Shown: positions 28,899 to 39,372, counted from the stretch's first letter. The stretch is 51,058 bases of DNA from Promethearchaeota archaeon (GCA_019057795.1 JAHLWS010000014.1:1-51058), one strand, 5' to 3'. Notes: a model not told the origin generated them from the letters alone. Made by a program: numbers and translations.

Positions 28899-30593
28899 TT
28901 GACAGATGCCAATGAGAGTAACACACGATTTATATTCATTACGGGAGGTGTAATGTCTGGTATAGGTAAGGGAGTTGTTACCGCTAGTATAGGAAAGGTG
29001 CTTCAATTCCGGGGGTTCAATATTTCGGTGGTTAAGATCGACCCTTACCTAAATGTTGATCCAGGAACGCTTAATCCAATTGAACACGGTGAATGTTTTA
29101 TTACAGAAGATGTATGGGACTTTACACCCGTGCCAGAGTCAGACGAAAGATGTTATAAAATTTCTGAGATAGACCAGGACTTCGGGACTTACAGTAGATT
29201 TTTGGGTATCGAGATGCATCCTTCACATAATATAACTTCTGGCCAGATATATTTATCAACTATCTTAAGAGAAAGAAAAGGTAAATTCTTAGGAAAAACC
29301 GTACAATTGATCCCTCATGTGACTAGTATTATAAAGAAAAGATTAATGGCCATTTCAGAAAGTGAGAATTTAGATGTATTACTAATAGAATGTGGCGGAA
29401 CTGTAGGCGATTTAGAATCAAGTATCTTTTTGGAAGCTTTTCGACAAATTAAATTGGAATACCCTCATCGTACGGCTTTAGTTCACGTAACTCTTGTTCC
29501 TTATTCTCGGGCGGTTGGTCAGCAAAAATCAAAACCAACGCAACATTCTGTTAAAATGCTTCAAAGCGTGGGATTACAACCAGACATAATAATAGGTCGG
29601 AGTGAAAAACCTTTAGCTGACGATATAAAATCGAAAATCTCCCTTTACTCAAACATTCCAGAAGCCGCAGTAATTTCAAATCCCGATTTAGATGTCGTAT
29701 ACGAATTACCTTTATTATTTGAGGAACAAGGATTAGGAGATTTTCTTTGTGAACTTATAGATTTAAAAGCAAAATTAGTTTCGTATAGCGAAGTCACTAA
29801 TTATTCCGAATGGGTAAAAATGGTAGAGTTATACAAAAACGCAAGTAAAACGGTAAGAATTGCGATGCCTGGCAAATATTTTAATATATCTGATTCGTAT
29901 ATTTCCATCAACGATGCTTTAGAACACGCAGCGGCTCATCAAGGATATAAGACTGAATTGAAAATGATTAATATCACCGAAGACACCAATATTGAAGAAG
30001 TATTAAGAGATTGCGATGGAATACTATTGACACCCGGTTTTGGAGAGAGGGCTGTTGAGGGAATGATTAAATCGGCTGAATATGCTATGGAAAAGAAAGT
30101 GCCCTTTTTGGGTATTTGTTTTGGTGCTCAGTTGTTTTATATTGCCTTCTGTAGAAAATATTTAGGATTAACTGGAGCAAACTCCTCTGAAATAGTTACC
30201 GATACGCCATATCCTGTGGTAGATCTTTTAGAAAGCCAGAAAGATGTGACTGAGAAAGGTGGAAGTATGAGATTAGGTGCTCATAAAATAATTATTGAGA
30301 AGAACACTAAACTCTTTAACGCTTATAACCAAAAAGAAATTAAAGAAAGGTTTAGGCATAGATATCATATTCAAGAAAGATTTATTACAGAAGAAGCCAA
30401 ACAAAAAGGAATGATTGTATCAAGTAGAGATGAAACCGGGAAAATAATAAATAGCATTGAATTAAATCGAGACGACCATTGGATGGTTGGAACCCAATTT
30501 CACCCCGAATTTAAATCAAGACCATACGCTCCTAGTAAGTTATATTTTGATTTTATAAAAGCGTGTATTGCTAAAAAAGCTGGAAATATTTAA
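28899..30593 (+). CDS. pyrG: CTP synthase
   Basis: ITGGVMSGIGKG, KIDPYLNVDPGT, ECGGTVGDLES, KPTQHSV, GICFG, ERFRHRY and QFHPEF motifs. Confidence 0.96.
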   Translation: MTDANESNTRFIFITGGVMSGIGKGVVTASIGKVLQFRGFNISVVKIDPYLNVDPGTLNPIEHGECFITEDVWDFTPVPESDERCYKISEIDQDFGTYSRFLGIEMHPSHNITSGQIYLSTILRERKGKFLGKTVQLIPHVTSIIKKRLMAISESENLDVLLIECGGTVGDLESSIFLEAFRQIKLEYPHRTALVHVTLVPYSRAVGQQKSKPTQHSVKMLQSVGLQPDIIIGRSEKPLADDIKSKISLYSNIPEAAVISNPDLDVVYELPLLFEEQGLGDFLCELIDLKAKLVSYSEVTNYSEWVKMVELYKNASKTVRIAMPGKYFNISDSYISINDALEHAAAHQGYKTELKMINITEDTNIEEVLRDCDGILLTPGFGERAVEGMIKSAEYAMEKKVPFLGICFGAQLFYIAFCRKYLGLTGANSSEIVTDTPYPVVDLLESQKDVTEKGGSMRLGAHKIIIEKNTKLFNAYNQKEIKERFRHRYHIQERFITEEAKQKGMIVSSRDETGKIINSIELNRDDHWMVGTQFHPEFKSRPYAPSKLYFDFIKACIAKKAGNI

Positions 30594-30599
30594 AGCACT

Positions 30600-30791
30600 A
30601 CGACAGAAAAGAAACCAAATGATTACTGTTACCTCATAAGGAGTTGCCAACCATGCATAAAAACACAAATATCAAAAAAGCACTTACCTTATTACGAATG
30701 CGAATTATGTATATGGCGTATTCGTTCTGATAACCCACGTCATTTAAAAAGTCTTCAAAGAATTTATGAAAAATATAATCCTAACATCTAA
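30600..30791 (+). CDS. Small Cys-rich putative Zn-binding protein, possible ACG start
   Basis: 63-codon frame (T/M)TEKKPNDYCYLIRSCQPC...YECELCIWR...NPNI* with two CxxC motifs and no in-frame ATG/GTG/TTG. Confidence 0.5.
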   Translation, partial: TTEKKPNDYCYLIRSCQPCIKTQISKKHLPYYECELCIWRIRSDNPRHLKSLQRIYEKYNPNI

Positions 30792-31006
30792 TTAATTTTT
30801 CTTGTAGTATCAATTAAATTTCTATAAACATATTCTCTAAAAGCCAGTTTTTCTAAAGAACATTTTTGTCTTAACCTAGAAGCTAAAAAAAGTTATTATT
30901 TATTTACCAAGCAGTTTTTATTTAACAGCTTAATAAATATTCTTAAAAGAAATTAATAGCTATTTTTAATTTAATGATATAAAATAAGAAGAATATATTT
31001 GTACAA

Positions 31007-32140
31007 ATGCTTTATAAGAAAGAAAGACCCGCAATTTTAATGCTTAAAGATGGTCGGTATTTTCAAGGAATTGGGTTTGGCGCGACAAAAACAATTTATG
31101 GCGAAATTGTATTTAATACAATAACGGGGGCGGGCTATAACGAGACTTTAACGGACCCCTCTTATAAAGGACAAATCGTTGTAATGACACACCCACTTGT
31201 TGGAAATTACGGAGTTCCAGCCTGGGAAAAAGACGAATGTGGCATTAACAAATATTTTGAATCAGATTCAATTAAAGTAAGTGGATTCGTTGTAAACGAG
31301 TGTTGTAAAAATCCGAGCCATTACGAAAGCACAAAGACCCTAAACGAATTTCTTTTAGAGGAAGATGTTCCCGGAATAGAATGGATAGATACTAGAGCGA
31401 TAACTATAATTTTAAGAGAAGAAGGAGTTCAAGTTGGATTACTTGCAGTGTTTAATCCGGGTGAAAAACCTAACATTGATGAGTTAAAAGAGAAAGCTAA
31501 AAATGTGGCCGATCCTAACCTTAGACATTTAGCAAGCGAAGTTTCGATTAAAGAAGTCAAGAAATTTACACCTACTAATCCGAAAGGTAAGGTAATTGTA
31601 ATTGATTTGGGAGTTAAACATAATATTCTTAGAAATTTAGTTAAAAGGAAAATGGAAGTAATTTTAGTTCCATACAATTATTCTTACGATGAAATTATGA
31701 GTTATAAACCAAATGGTGTATTTATATCCAACGGGCCAGGAGATCCCGCCACGTGCAAGAAAGCAATTGAAGTCGCTCGTAATTTAATCAAAAATAATAT
31801 TCCAACAATGGGCATATGCTTGGGGAATCAAATAATTGGTATAGCTGCAGGTGGATATTCTTATAAGTTAAAATACGGTCATAGAGGCGGAAACAAAACT
31901 GTTATTAATCCAATAACTAAGCAATGTTATATAACATCTCAAAATCATGGGTTTTGCGTGAAAGATTTTGAAAAGGGAGGCTTTAGCGAATTTCTCACTA
32001 ACATAGATGATGAATCAAATGAGGGGATAATTCACGATAGTAAGCCTATCTTTGCCGTTCAATTTCACCCTGAGGCCTGTCCAGGACCCTTAGATTCGTT
32101 GTATCTATTTGATAAATTTATCGAGCAAATGGAGTTATGA
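31007..32140 (+). CDS. carA: Carbamoyl-phosphate synthase small subunit
   Basis: GEIVFNT, LTDPSYKGQ, SNGPGDP, GICLGNQ, TSQNHGF and VQFHPEA motifs. Confidence 0.96.
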   Translation: MLYKKERPAILMLKDGRYFQGIGFGATKTIYGEIVFNTITGAGYNETLTDPSYKGQIVVMTHPLVGNYGVPAWEKDECGINKYFESDSIKVSGFVVNECCKNPSHYESTKTLNEFLLEEDVPGIEWIDTRAITIILREEGVQVGLLAVFNPGEKPNIDELKEKAKNVADPNLRHLASEVSIKEVKKFTPTNPKGKVIVIDLGVKHNILRNLVKRKMEVILVPYNYSYDEIMSYKPNGVFISNGPGDPATCKKAIEVARNLIKNNIPTMGICLGNQIIGIAAGGYSYKLKYGHRGGNKTVINPITKQCYITSQNHGFCVKDFEKGGFSEFLTNIDDESNEGIIHDSKPIFAVQFHPEACPGPLDSLYLFDKFIEQMEL

Positions 32141-35100
32141 TTATGCCGTTAGATAAATCGATAAAAAAAGCTTTAATTTTAGGCTCTGGGGGCATCCGAA
32201 TTGGGCAAGCTGGAGAGTTTGATTATTCTGGAAGTCAAGTTTTAAAAGCATTAAAAGAAGAAGGTATAGAAACGATATTAGTTAATCCGAATATTGCTAC
32301 TATTCAAACTGACCCTACATTATCTGATAGAGTATATTTACTTCCCATTAATGTAAAATATGTTGAGGAAGTAATAAAAAAAGAGAAACCAGATGGCATT
32401 TTACTGGCATTTGGAGGTCAGACAGCTCTAAATGTCGGTGTCGAACTAAAAGAGCAAGGAATATTAGAAAAATATAACATAAGAGTCCTTGGAACCCCTA
32501 TAGAGGCAATTGAAGTCACTGAAGATCGAGAATTATTCGTAAAAGCTATGAATGATGCAGATGCAAAAGTATGTCAAAGTAAAGCAGTAACATCATATAA
32601 AAAGGCGATTGAAGTAGCTCAAGAATTTGGGTTTCCTTTAATGCTCCGAGTAGCTTATACTTTAGGAGGTAGAGGATCAGGTATCATTGACAATATGAAA
32701 GATTTCGAAAGAATGGCAAAAAAAGGGTTAGCCCAATCGAGGATTAATCAAATTTTAATCGAGGAATCCGTGTGGGGTTGGAAAGAAATTGAATACGAAG
32801 TTGTAAGAGATTCTGTGGATAATTGCTTCATAAATTGTAATATGGAAAACTTTGACCCAGTTGGAATTCATACAGGAGAGAGTATAGTGGTAGCACCGAG
32901 TCAAACGCTCACTAACGAAGAATATCATATGTTGCGTTCTGCTTCAATTCGCGTCATAAGGGGTCTTGGGATTATCGGTGAATGCAACATTCAATACGCA
33001 TTAAATCCTTTTTCAAAAGAATTTCGAGTGATTGAAGTCAATGCTCGCCTTTCGAGATCCTCTGCGTTGGCCTCAAAAGCTACTGGGTACCCTTTAGCGT
33101 ACATAGCTGCCAAATTGGCAATTGGATATACTTTGCCAGAGCTAAAGAATAAAATTACTGGGATTACAACAGCATGTTTTGAACCCGCTCTTGATTATTT
33201 AGTTCTAAAAATTCCACGATGGGATTTAACGAAGTTTCATAAAGTTGATCGCCGCATAGGAAGTCAGATGAAATCAGTTGGGGAAGTAATGGCAATAGGA
33301 AGAACATTTGAAGAAGTTCTCCAAAAAGCAGTAAGAATGCTAGATATTGGTATGAAAGGATTAGTAGCAAATAATTTAGAACCAATTGAAGATGTCAATG
33401 AATTGAAATATACATTAAGAAACCCTACGGATTTAAGGCTCTTTAGAATTGCTGAGGCAATTAAAAAAGGAATCTCAATTGATGAAATATATCGTTTATC
33501 AAGAGTTGATAAATGGTTTTTGTATAAATTAAAAAATATAGTAGATCTTAAACGTCAGATACAAGATATTGAATTGCTTGAATCAGATGATGATGAGAAA
33601 AAATATTGGTTAGAGCGTGCTAAAAGATTTGGCTTTTCAGATGGCCAAATTGCTAAGATAATGGGCGTTGATACAATATTCATCCGGCAAATGAGAAGAA
33701 GACTAAATATTCATCCTTTTGTTAAAAGAATTGATACCTTAGCCGCCGAATGGCCAGCAGTGACTAATTATCTTTATTTAACATACAGCGCATCGGAGCA
33801 CGATATTAATTTTGAAAAGGAGCATAAATCTAATCTTAAAAAAGTTATTGTATTAGGCTCAGGAACTTATCGTATTGGCGCGAGTGTGGAATTTGATTGG
33901 GGCTCGGTTAATTGTTTATGGGGCTTAAAGAAGTTGGGAATCGACCAAGCAATAATGATTAATTATAACCCTGAAACAGTATCAACTGATTACGACATTT
34001 CAGATAAGCTTTATTTTGAGGAATTATCAGGAGAAAGAGTGTTAGATATCTGCGAACTGGAGAAAGCAGACGGTATCGTAGTATCCGCAGGGGGACAAAT
34101 AGCTCAAAACTTAGCTTCAAAATTTTCTAAATATTCTGAAATTTTTCGGAAAACAGGTATAAATATCTTGGGAACTCATGGAACGCGAATCGATATGGCG
34201 GAAAATAGGAGCAAATTCAGCACCTTATTAGATCAATTAAATATAAAGCAACCTGAATGGAATGCATTGACAACAAGCGAGGAAGCCATCGAATTTGCGC
34301 AGAAAGTGGGATATCCAATACTTGTTAGACCTTCATATGTATTAAGTGGAGCAGCTATGAGAGTTTCTTACGATGAAAAAACGCTAAAAGATACTCTTGA
34401 TCTCGCCGTATCCGTATCAAGTGAATACCCCGTTGTTATTACTAAATTCTTCACAGATGCTAGAGAAGTAGAGTGTGATGGAGTATGCGATGGTGAAAAT
34501 GTATTTATAGGTGCTATTGTAGAACACATCGAGAACGCAGGCATTCACAGTGGAGATGCTACTATGGCAATACCACCTCAAACAGTTTCCAACGAGGTTA
34601 TTTCAAAAATTGAAGATTATACGAATAAAATTGCCTTAGCATTAAAAATTTTCGGTCCTTTTAATGTTCAATATCTCGTTAAAAATAGCGAAGTTTACGT
34701 AATTGAATGCAATTTGCGGTCCAGTAGAAGTATGCCCTATGTTTCGAAATCTCGAGGCATAAATTTAATGCGCCTTGCAGCTGAAGTAATAATGGGGGGT
34801 AAGATTCCTAAAAGATTGATGAATCTTCCTTTGGGAAATTATGTATCAATAAAGGCCCCAATGTTTTCTTTCATGAGACTTGATAAGGCAGACCCTATAT
34901 TGGGGGTTGAAATGAGTTCAACGGGAGAGGTAGCTTGTATAGGCGAGGACTTTCCAGATGCCTTGATGAAATCGTTAGAAGCGGCTGATATGAATGTACC
35001 TATTGATGGTGGGAACATCTTGATCTCTGTAGGTGGTGATGAATTAAAAAATCAAGTAATTCCTTTAGCAAAAAAATTAAAAAACTTAGGTTTTACGATT

Positions 35101-35454
35101 TTTGCAACAGAAGACACTAAAAAGGCTTTAAATAAAAATAACATTGAAGCTGTAAAACTTTATAAGGTCCACGAATACGGAATGGAGCCCAATATTATGC
35201 AATGTTTACAAGAAGGACGCATTGATATGGTTATAAACATCCCATTACCAACAACAGTCAAAGAGAAATTTAAAACCATAATGGAAGACGAATATAAAAT
35301 TAGACGCATGGCAGTAGACTACAATATTCCTGTAATAATCAATTTACAGTTAGCAAAAGCAGTTATTGACGCTATAAAAAATACGCGTGAAAAGAAAGTA
35401 AAAATAAAATCGCTTAATGAATACCACCAAACGCTAAAAGAAGTATATTGGTAA
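32137..35454 (+). CDS. carB: Carbamoyl-phosphate synthase large subunit
   Basis: IGQAGEFDYSG, EVNARLSRSSALASKATGYP, NPETVSTDYD, second ATP-grasp domain and MGS domain; ATGA overlap with carA. Confidence 0.97.
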   Translation: MIMPLDKSIKKALILGSGGIRIGQAGEFDYSGSQVLKALKEEGIETILVNPNIATIQTDPTLSDRVYLLPINVKYVEEVIKKEKPDGILLAFGGQTALNVGVELKEQGILEKYNIRVLGTPIEAIEVTEDRELFVKAMNDADAKVCQSKAVTSYKKAIEVAQEFGFPLMLRVAYTLGGRGSGIIDNMKDFERMAKKGLAQSRINQILIEESVWGWKEIEYEVVRDSVDNCFINCNMENFDPVGIHTGESIVVAPSQTLTNEEYHMLRSASIRVIRGLGIIGECNIQYALNPFSKEFRVIEVNARLSRSSALASKATGYPLAYIAAKLAIGYTLPELKNKITGITTACFEPALDYLVLKIPRWDLTKFHKVDRRIGSQMKSVGEVMAIGRTFEEVLQKAVRMLDIGMKGLVANNLEPIEDVNELKYTLRNPTDLRLFRIAEAIKKGISIDEIYRLSRVDKWFLYKLKNIVDLKRQIQDIELLESDDDEKKYWLERAKRFGFSDGQIAKIMGVDTIFIRQMRRRLNIHPFVKRIDTLAAEWPAVTNYLYLTYSASEHDINFEKEHKSNLKKVIVLGSGTYRIGASVEFDWGSVNCLWGLKKLGIDQAIMINYNPETVSTDYDISDKLYFEELSGERVLDICELEKADGIVVSAGGQIAQNLASKFSKYSEIFRKTGINILGTHGTRIDMAENRSKFSTLLDQLNIKQPEWNALTTSEEAIEFAQKVGYPILVRPSYVLSGAAMRVSYDEKTLKDTLDLAVSVSSEYPVVITKFFTDAREVECDGVCDGENVFIGAIVEHIENAGIHSGDATMAIPPQTVSNEVISKIEDYTNKIALALKIFGPFNVQYLVKNSEVYVIECNLRSSRSMPYVSKSRGINLMRLAAEVIMGGKIPKRLMNLPLGNYVSIKAPMFSFMRLDKADPILGVEMSSTGEVACIGEDFPDALMKSLEAADMNVPIDGGNILISVGGDELKNQVIPLAKKLKNLGFTIFATEDTKKALNKNNIEAVKLYKVHEYGMEPNIMQCLQEGRIDMVINIPLPTTVKEKFKTIMEDEYKIRRMAVDYNIPVIINLQLAKAVIDAIKNTREKKVKIKSLNEYHQTLKEVYW

Positions 35455-35480
35455 ACAAAAAAATCTGATTATTTGAATCG

Positions 35481-35966
35481 TTATATTAAGGATTCTATTG
35501 TAAAATCTGTTTTAAATCTCCTAATTAAAATTGTTAAAATTTCTTTTTTTGATTTCATTTTACCGTCATAAGAAATTTTGAATACTTTTTGTTGCGGATT
35601 GTATTCTACAGGATACTTAGAGCGATTGATATCGAAATAGAGCTCTAAATCTTCGTAAATTCTTTTTATTACATATGTCTGATTTTCTATAGGTATAGGA
35701 TTTAAAATTTCGAATTCTAAACCTTTTTTCTTTAAAAGATTCTCTAAAAAATGCTTTTCTTTCCTACGTAACCTTATTGACCTAAATTTCCAAAAATGCC
35801 CTATAGTCCACCAGCTAAAAGTATAAAGCAAAATAATCCATAAAGAAGTAATATAAGCAGTTATTGGTGCACCCAAATTAATTAAGAGCCAGTTAAATAC
35901 GCCAAGGAAGAATCCACTAAAAATATAAGCTTTTATCGTCCACCATTTTTTCGACCTTTCCATCAA
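35481..35966 (-). CDS. Hypothetical membrane-anchored protein
   Basis: Two N-terminal TM segments plus a soluble C-terminal part; GAGGG upstream. Confidence 0.65.
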   Translation of the reverse strand: MMERSKKWWTIKAYIFSGFFLGVFNWLLINLGAPITAYITSLWIILLYTFSWWTIGHFWKFRSIRLRRKEKHFLENLLKKKGLEFEILNPIPIENQTYVIKRIYEDLELYFDINRSKYPVEYNPQQKVFKISYDGKMKSKKEILTILIRRFKTDFTIESLI

Positions 35967-36095
35967 TGAGTTCCCTCTATTTGTCGTTCTATAAATTTCA
36001 AATTTAAGTTTAAATTTTTTTTCCTAGCTTTTTAATTAATATTATATCGGTTTTCTAATATTTATTAGTAAACCAAATTATTTATTTGTTTACCA

Positions 36096-36148
36096 AAATG
36101 AAACTTAAGAGTCTTTTTTTCTTTTCGATTTTGGGTATTTGATAATTC
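36096..36148. repeat. Diverged direct copy of 36880-36932 (3' end of the 82-aa gene)
   Basis: 47/53 nt identical and ungapped. The minus strand reads IIKYPKSKRKKDS* versus IIKYPKSRGKIDP*. Confidence 0.9.
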
Positions 36149-36174
36149 AAACGCTAAAAGAAGTTTACTGGTGA
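36148..36174 (+). repeat. Direct copy of the carB 3' end (35428-35454)
   Basis: CAAACGCTAAAAGAAGTTTACTGGTGA versus CAAACGCTAAAAGAAGTATATTGGTAA: 24/27 identical, and both read QTLKEVYW*. Confidence 0.9.
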
Positions 36175-36256
36175 TTTTACATATCTTGGTTATTATATCT
36201 TTTTTCTTTTCATAATTACAAGTCGTTTTAAAATCCTCCATTTAATGTGCAATAAT

Positions 36257-36829
36257 TTATGCGTAAATTTCCTGCTTTGAAACGGAAAGATTTTTGTAGT
36301 TTAAAACGAGATTTATGCACTTCCTATAATTAGAGACCCATCGAGAATTTATAACATATGGTCTCCTATCTCCAAAAAAAATCCGAAGTTGAATAGTCTT
36401 CCGCCTTCTCGGTTCTTTAGAAGTAAAAAAAAGAATCCAAGATGACCGCCTTCGACGGTAATCTTCTTTGATTTTTACGTAATCTATATCGGCAATATCT
36501 TCAAAAGGGATAAATCTGGTTTTCAGAGATAATAAAATCGTTGGCTTACGAAGCGCTATACCTTTCTCGTAAATGATGATGTAGCTTAAAAAATATCTAA
36601 CGACGGAAAAGAATGTGAGTATACCCATAATACACCCACCGAGAAGCAGCACAATTGCTACAAGTGGACCGCCTTCACGCATTAAAGATTCGTTAATAAA
36701 ATAAAAAATTAAAAACACTATGAACATTAATGTAGAACTAAGCCCAAAACCGAGATCGCCCTTCCAACCACCTTTGTTCCATTGAGCAAGCTCGTTCCTC
36801 CAAATTTCTTTTAATAGCGGTTTTTCCAT
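36257..36829 (-). CDS. Hypothetical membrane protein (2 TM + possible bacterial PH-like domain)
   Basis: Two TM segments then IIIYEKGI..RFIPFEDIADI, a pattern reminiscent of bPH domains. Confidence 0.65.
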   Translation of the reverse strand: MEKPLLKEIWRNELAQWNKGGWKGDLGFGLSSTLMFIVFLIFYFINESLMREGGPLVAIVLLLGGCIMGILTFFSVVRYFLSYIIIYEKGIALRKPTILLSLKTRFIPFEDIADIDYVKIKEDYRRRRSSWILFFTSKEPRRRKTIQLRIFFGDRRPYVINSRWVSNYRKCINLVLNYKNLSVSKQEIYA

Positions 36830-36888
36830 GTCGAATTGTTTATGTCCTTATTATTATTATAATAATTATAATATTATTTAAATGAAAC

Positions 36889-37137
36889 TTAAGGGTCTAT
36901 TTTTCCTCTCGATTTTGGATATTTAATAATTCCCACTACTAATAATGGAGAAGCCGCCATTATACCAAATGGTATACCGTAAAAAAATGCAATTATCACA
37001 GCTTCTCCTTGATTAATTGAAATTATTCTTCTAGTTAACCATGTTAACAAACCAAAAAAGGTTCCCATGATGAAAAACCCTTTTTTTGTATTCACTCCAT
37101 GGTTTAATTTTTTAAACCATATAGTTAATCGCTTCAT
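36889..37137 (-). CDS. Small 2-TM hypothetical protein
   Basis: 82 aa, two hydrophobic segments, GAGGGT upstream. Confidence 0.65.
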   Translation of the reverse strand: MKRLTIWFKKLNHGVNTKKGFFIMGTFFGLLTWLTRRIISINQGEAVIIAFFYGIPFGIMAASPLLVVGIIKYPKSRGKIDP

Positions 37138-37211
37138 TCTTAGATTTTTACCCTCTTTATTCTATGAAGATATAATTTTTGTTTATAAGGTGCGTGATTA
37201 ATTTTTCTCTC

Positions 37212-38237
37212 TCAAGCTTTAAAATCAAGAGATTCTCCACAATTTGGACAAAATTTAAATTTGGTTCCCATATGATACCCACAAACGGGACAATATAAGT
37301 CTGAATCGGCATGTTCTGGTTGAACTTGAACCTGTTCTGTTCTATATGGCTCAGTTGGTACTTGAAAATAACCTCGTCGGTATCCTAAATCGAATCTTAC
37401 TTTTAACGATGCGAAAAGAGTGGTCAATAAACATATAAAAAGTGGTCCAAGAATGATTGTTACTAAATTATTCAATAACTCGTTCAAAAATAGCATATCA
37501 TATCTCCTGCTTGCTGGGTTATACCACGAGGCTAATGTAGGGGCATCCACATGCCATACAAGGTTTAAGAGCCAACCGAAAATCACACTAATTGTGCGGA
37601 TAATTAAAGAGCTGATAACCAAAACTCCAACGATTTTCCAGAATGCTCCTTTAGTAATTAATCTTGCTTGTTTGAGAGGTTTTTCTATGTTTTCAAATTG
37701 ATAAGTGAATACTGAACAAATATAAAGTCCGAAAATTATAAATCCAGGAATCAATAAAAACCAGAACCCAAGTGGAACTCCAAGACCAAGAATAGCAAGG
37801 ACTACAAATAATTTGGAATTAAATGATTTCTTTATATCTTGAACGAAATCAGTATCTAAGTTTAAGTACTTCTTGTAGAGGTAAATACTCACGGAACTCA
37901 TAGCTAAGGCTGTAAATAAAGTGTTAATAATACTATCTATAAAGATAACGCTAAGACCAAATAGTAAATAATTTATGAGTTGAGGTATATCAGCTTCCGT
38001 CGGGTTTGAAGGATCGATTGTACTAATTACTTTTTCTCCAAGAACACTTAATTGCCAATTCAGATCTGCAAGTAAAAAAATCTTTAAAAGCAAATAAATT
38101 ACATAAAAAAGGGTGAGCGGTACGATAATTTTTGCCCAGTTCTTCCCAAATAAGCGAAAACCATCGGAAATGGATTCTCCATAACTTTTTTTTGCTATTC
38201 TTGTTAATTCTTGAGATTCGCGTGACATAACTTTCAT
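37212..38237 (-). CDS. Multi-pass membrane protein with C-terminal zinc ribbon
   Basis: About 5-6 TM segments; CPVCG...FCPNCG. Confidence 0.8.
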   Translation of the reverse strand: MKVMSRESQELTRIAKKSYGESISDGFRLFGKNWAKIIVPLTLFYVIYLLLKIFLLADLNWQLSVLGEKVISTIDPSNPTEADIPQLINYLLFGLSVIFIDSIINTLFTALAMSSVSIYLYKKYLNLDTDFVQDIKKSFNSKLFVVLAILGLGVPLGFWFLLIPGFIIFGLYICSVFTYQFENIEKPLKQARLITKGAFWKIVGVLVISSLIIRTISVIFGWLLNLVWHVDAPTLASWYNPASRRYDMLFLNELLNNLVTIILGPLFICLLTTLFASLKVRFDLGYRRGYFQVPTEPYRTEQVQVQPEHADSDLYCPVCGYHMGTKFKFCPNCGESLDFKA

Positions 38238-38397
38238 TATTTATATGTGAGTAAGGATCAATCTAATAAGATTCAAAGTAAGTTAATAAATATTGTTATA
38301 ATTTGTTTCTGAATTCTAAATTAACATTCTTTTGCCAATAACAATCAAAGATTTGAAAATAAAAATAAAAAAAAGATTTTAGATTTTTTAATTTATT

Positions 38398-39372
38398 TTA
38401 ATCTCGTTTAATTTTTGTAAAAATCCAGGGTACTAATGTGACGAGTAGAAATGAAAGTATTAGGTATTGCAATAAATCCATAATTGGGGACTCTGGAAAT
38501 GCAAAACTAAGAACTAAATAGAGAACTAATGTAATCACTATTCCAATAACTAAATTTAAGATTCTTTGTTTATTACTTAACTCTCTGGGGTCATACTTTA
38601 TTTTTTCCGTCTCAAGAATATATCCTAAGGCTAATCCCATCATCGAACCACTTACCAGTCCATAATCGCCTGTTGGATTTGGAAATGCGTAGATTCCTAT
38701 TACAAATAATAAAATAGGAATTACTACTGACAAAATGAGTTTAATTGTAAGAGACAATGATGATATTTTTTCAGATACTTTAGGTTCTAAGATAATAAAC
38801 AGAATTAACCATATGAATCCAATTGTTAATCCCCCCCAAACATCTTGTAAATCATGTACTCCGATTATTACTCGCGAACTTGCTATAAGGTACACTAAAA
38901 CAGTAAAAATCCAAAAGAGGATTTTGTTTTTCTTTACATGAGCTTCATAGGCTATATATCCATAAGCGGCAATAGAATTTATAGAGTGACCTGAAGGAAA
39001 ACCAAATCCCTCCATAACAGGTTCACCAGTTACTAGTGGGCGTAGGTTTGTAGGTGGTCTTGGGTCTCGACAAATGTCTTTTATAGTTTCACTTACATAG
39101 TATGCTCCTAATAAAGAGTAGGCTAGATTTCTAGCAAATTTCTTATCATACGTATACCAAACTATTACAATTAGAAAAATAAAAACCCGTACACTCCCTA
39201 GCTCAGATATTAACGAAAAAATAGTATACACGATGGGATTATAATAAAAGAATTCATTAAACCAGATATTTAACCCAGCGAGGTATAGAATTAACCCAAC
39301 TACAAATGTTACACCAGCAATGATTAAAATATAGATAATTATTTTCTTCATATCTTGATTGGCTTCGTTCAA
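38398..39372 (-). CDS. PAP2-family membrane phosphatase
   Basis: KDICRDPRP, FPSGH and SRVIIGVH...D motifs. Confidence 0.9.
   Translation of the reverse strand: MNEANQDMKKIIIYILIIAGVTFVVGLILYLAGLNIWFNEFFYYNPIVYTIFSLISELGSVRVFIFLIVIVWYTYDKKFARNLAYSLLGAYYVSETIKDICRDPRPPTNLRPLVTGEPVMEGFGFPSGHSINSIAAYGYIAYEAHVKKNKILFWIFTVLVYLIASSRVIIGVHDLQDVWGGLTIGFIWLILFIILEPKVSEKISSLSLTIKLILSVVIPILLFVIGIYAFPNPTGDYGLVSGSMMGLALGYILETEKIKYDPRELSNKQRILNLVIGIVITLVLYLVLSFAFPESPIMDLLQYLILSFLLVTLVPWIFTKIKRD

Noticed and set aside
35428-36174. attL/attR of a prophage or integrative element in carB
   Set aside because: Only about 700 bp with one gene lies between the repeats, there is no integrase, and the adjoining second repeat is better explained by allele capture.
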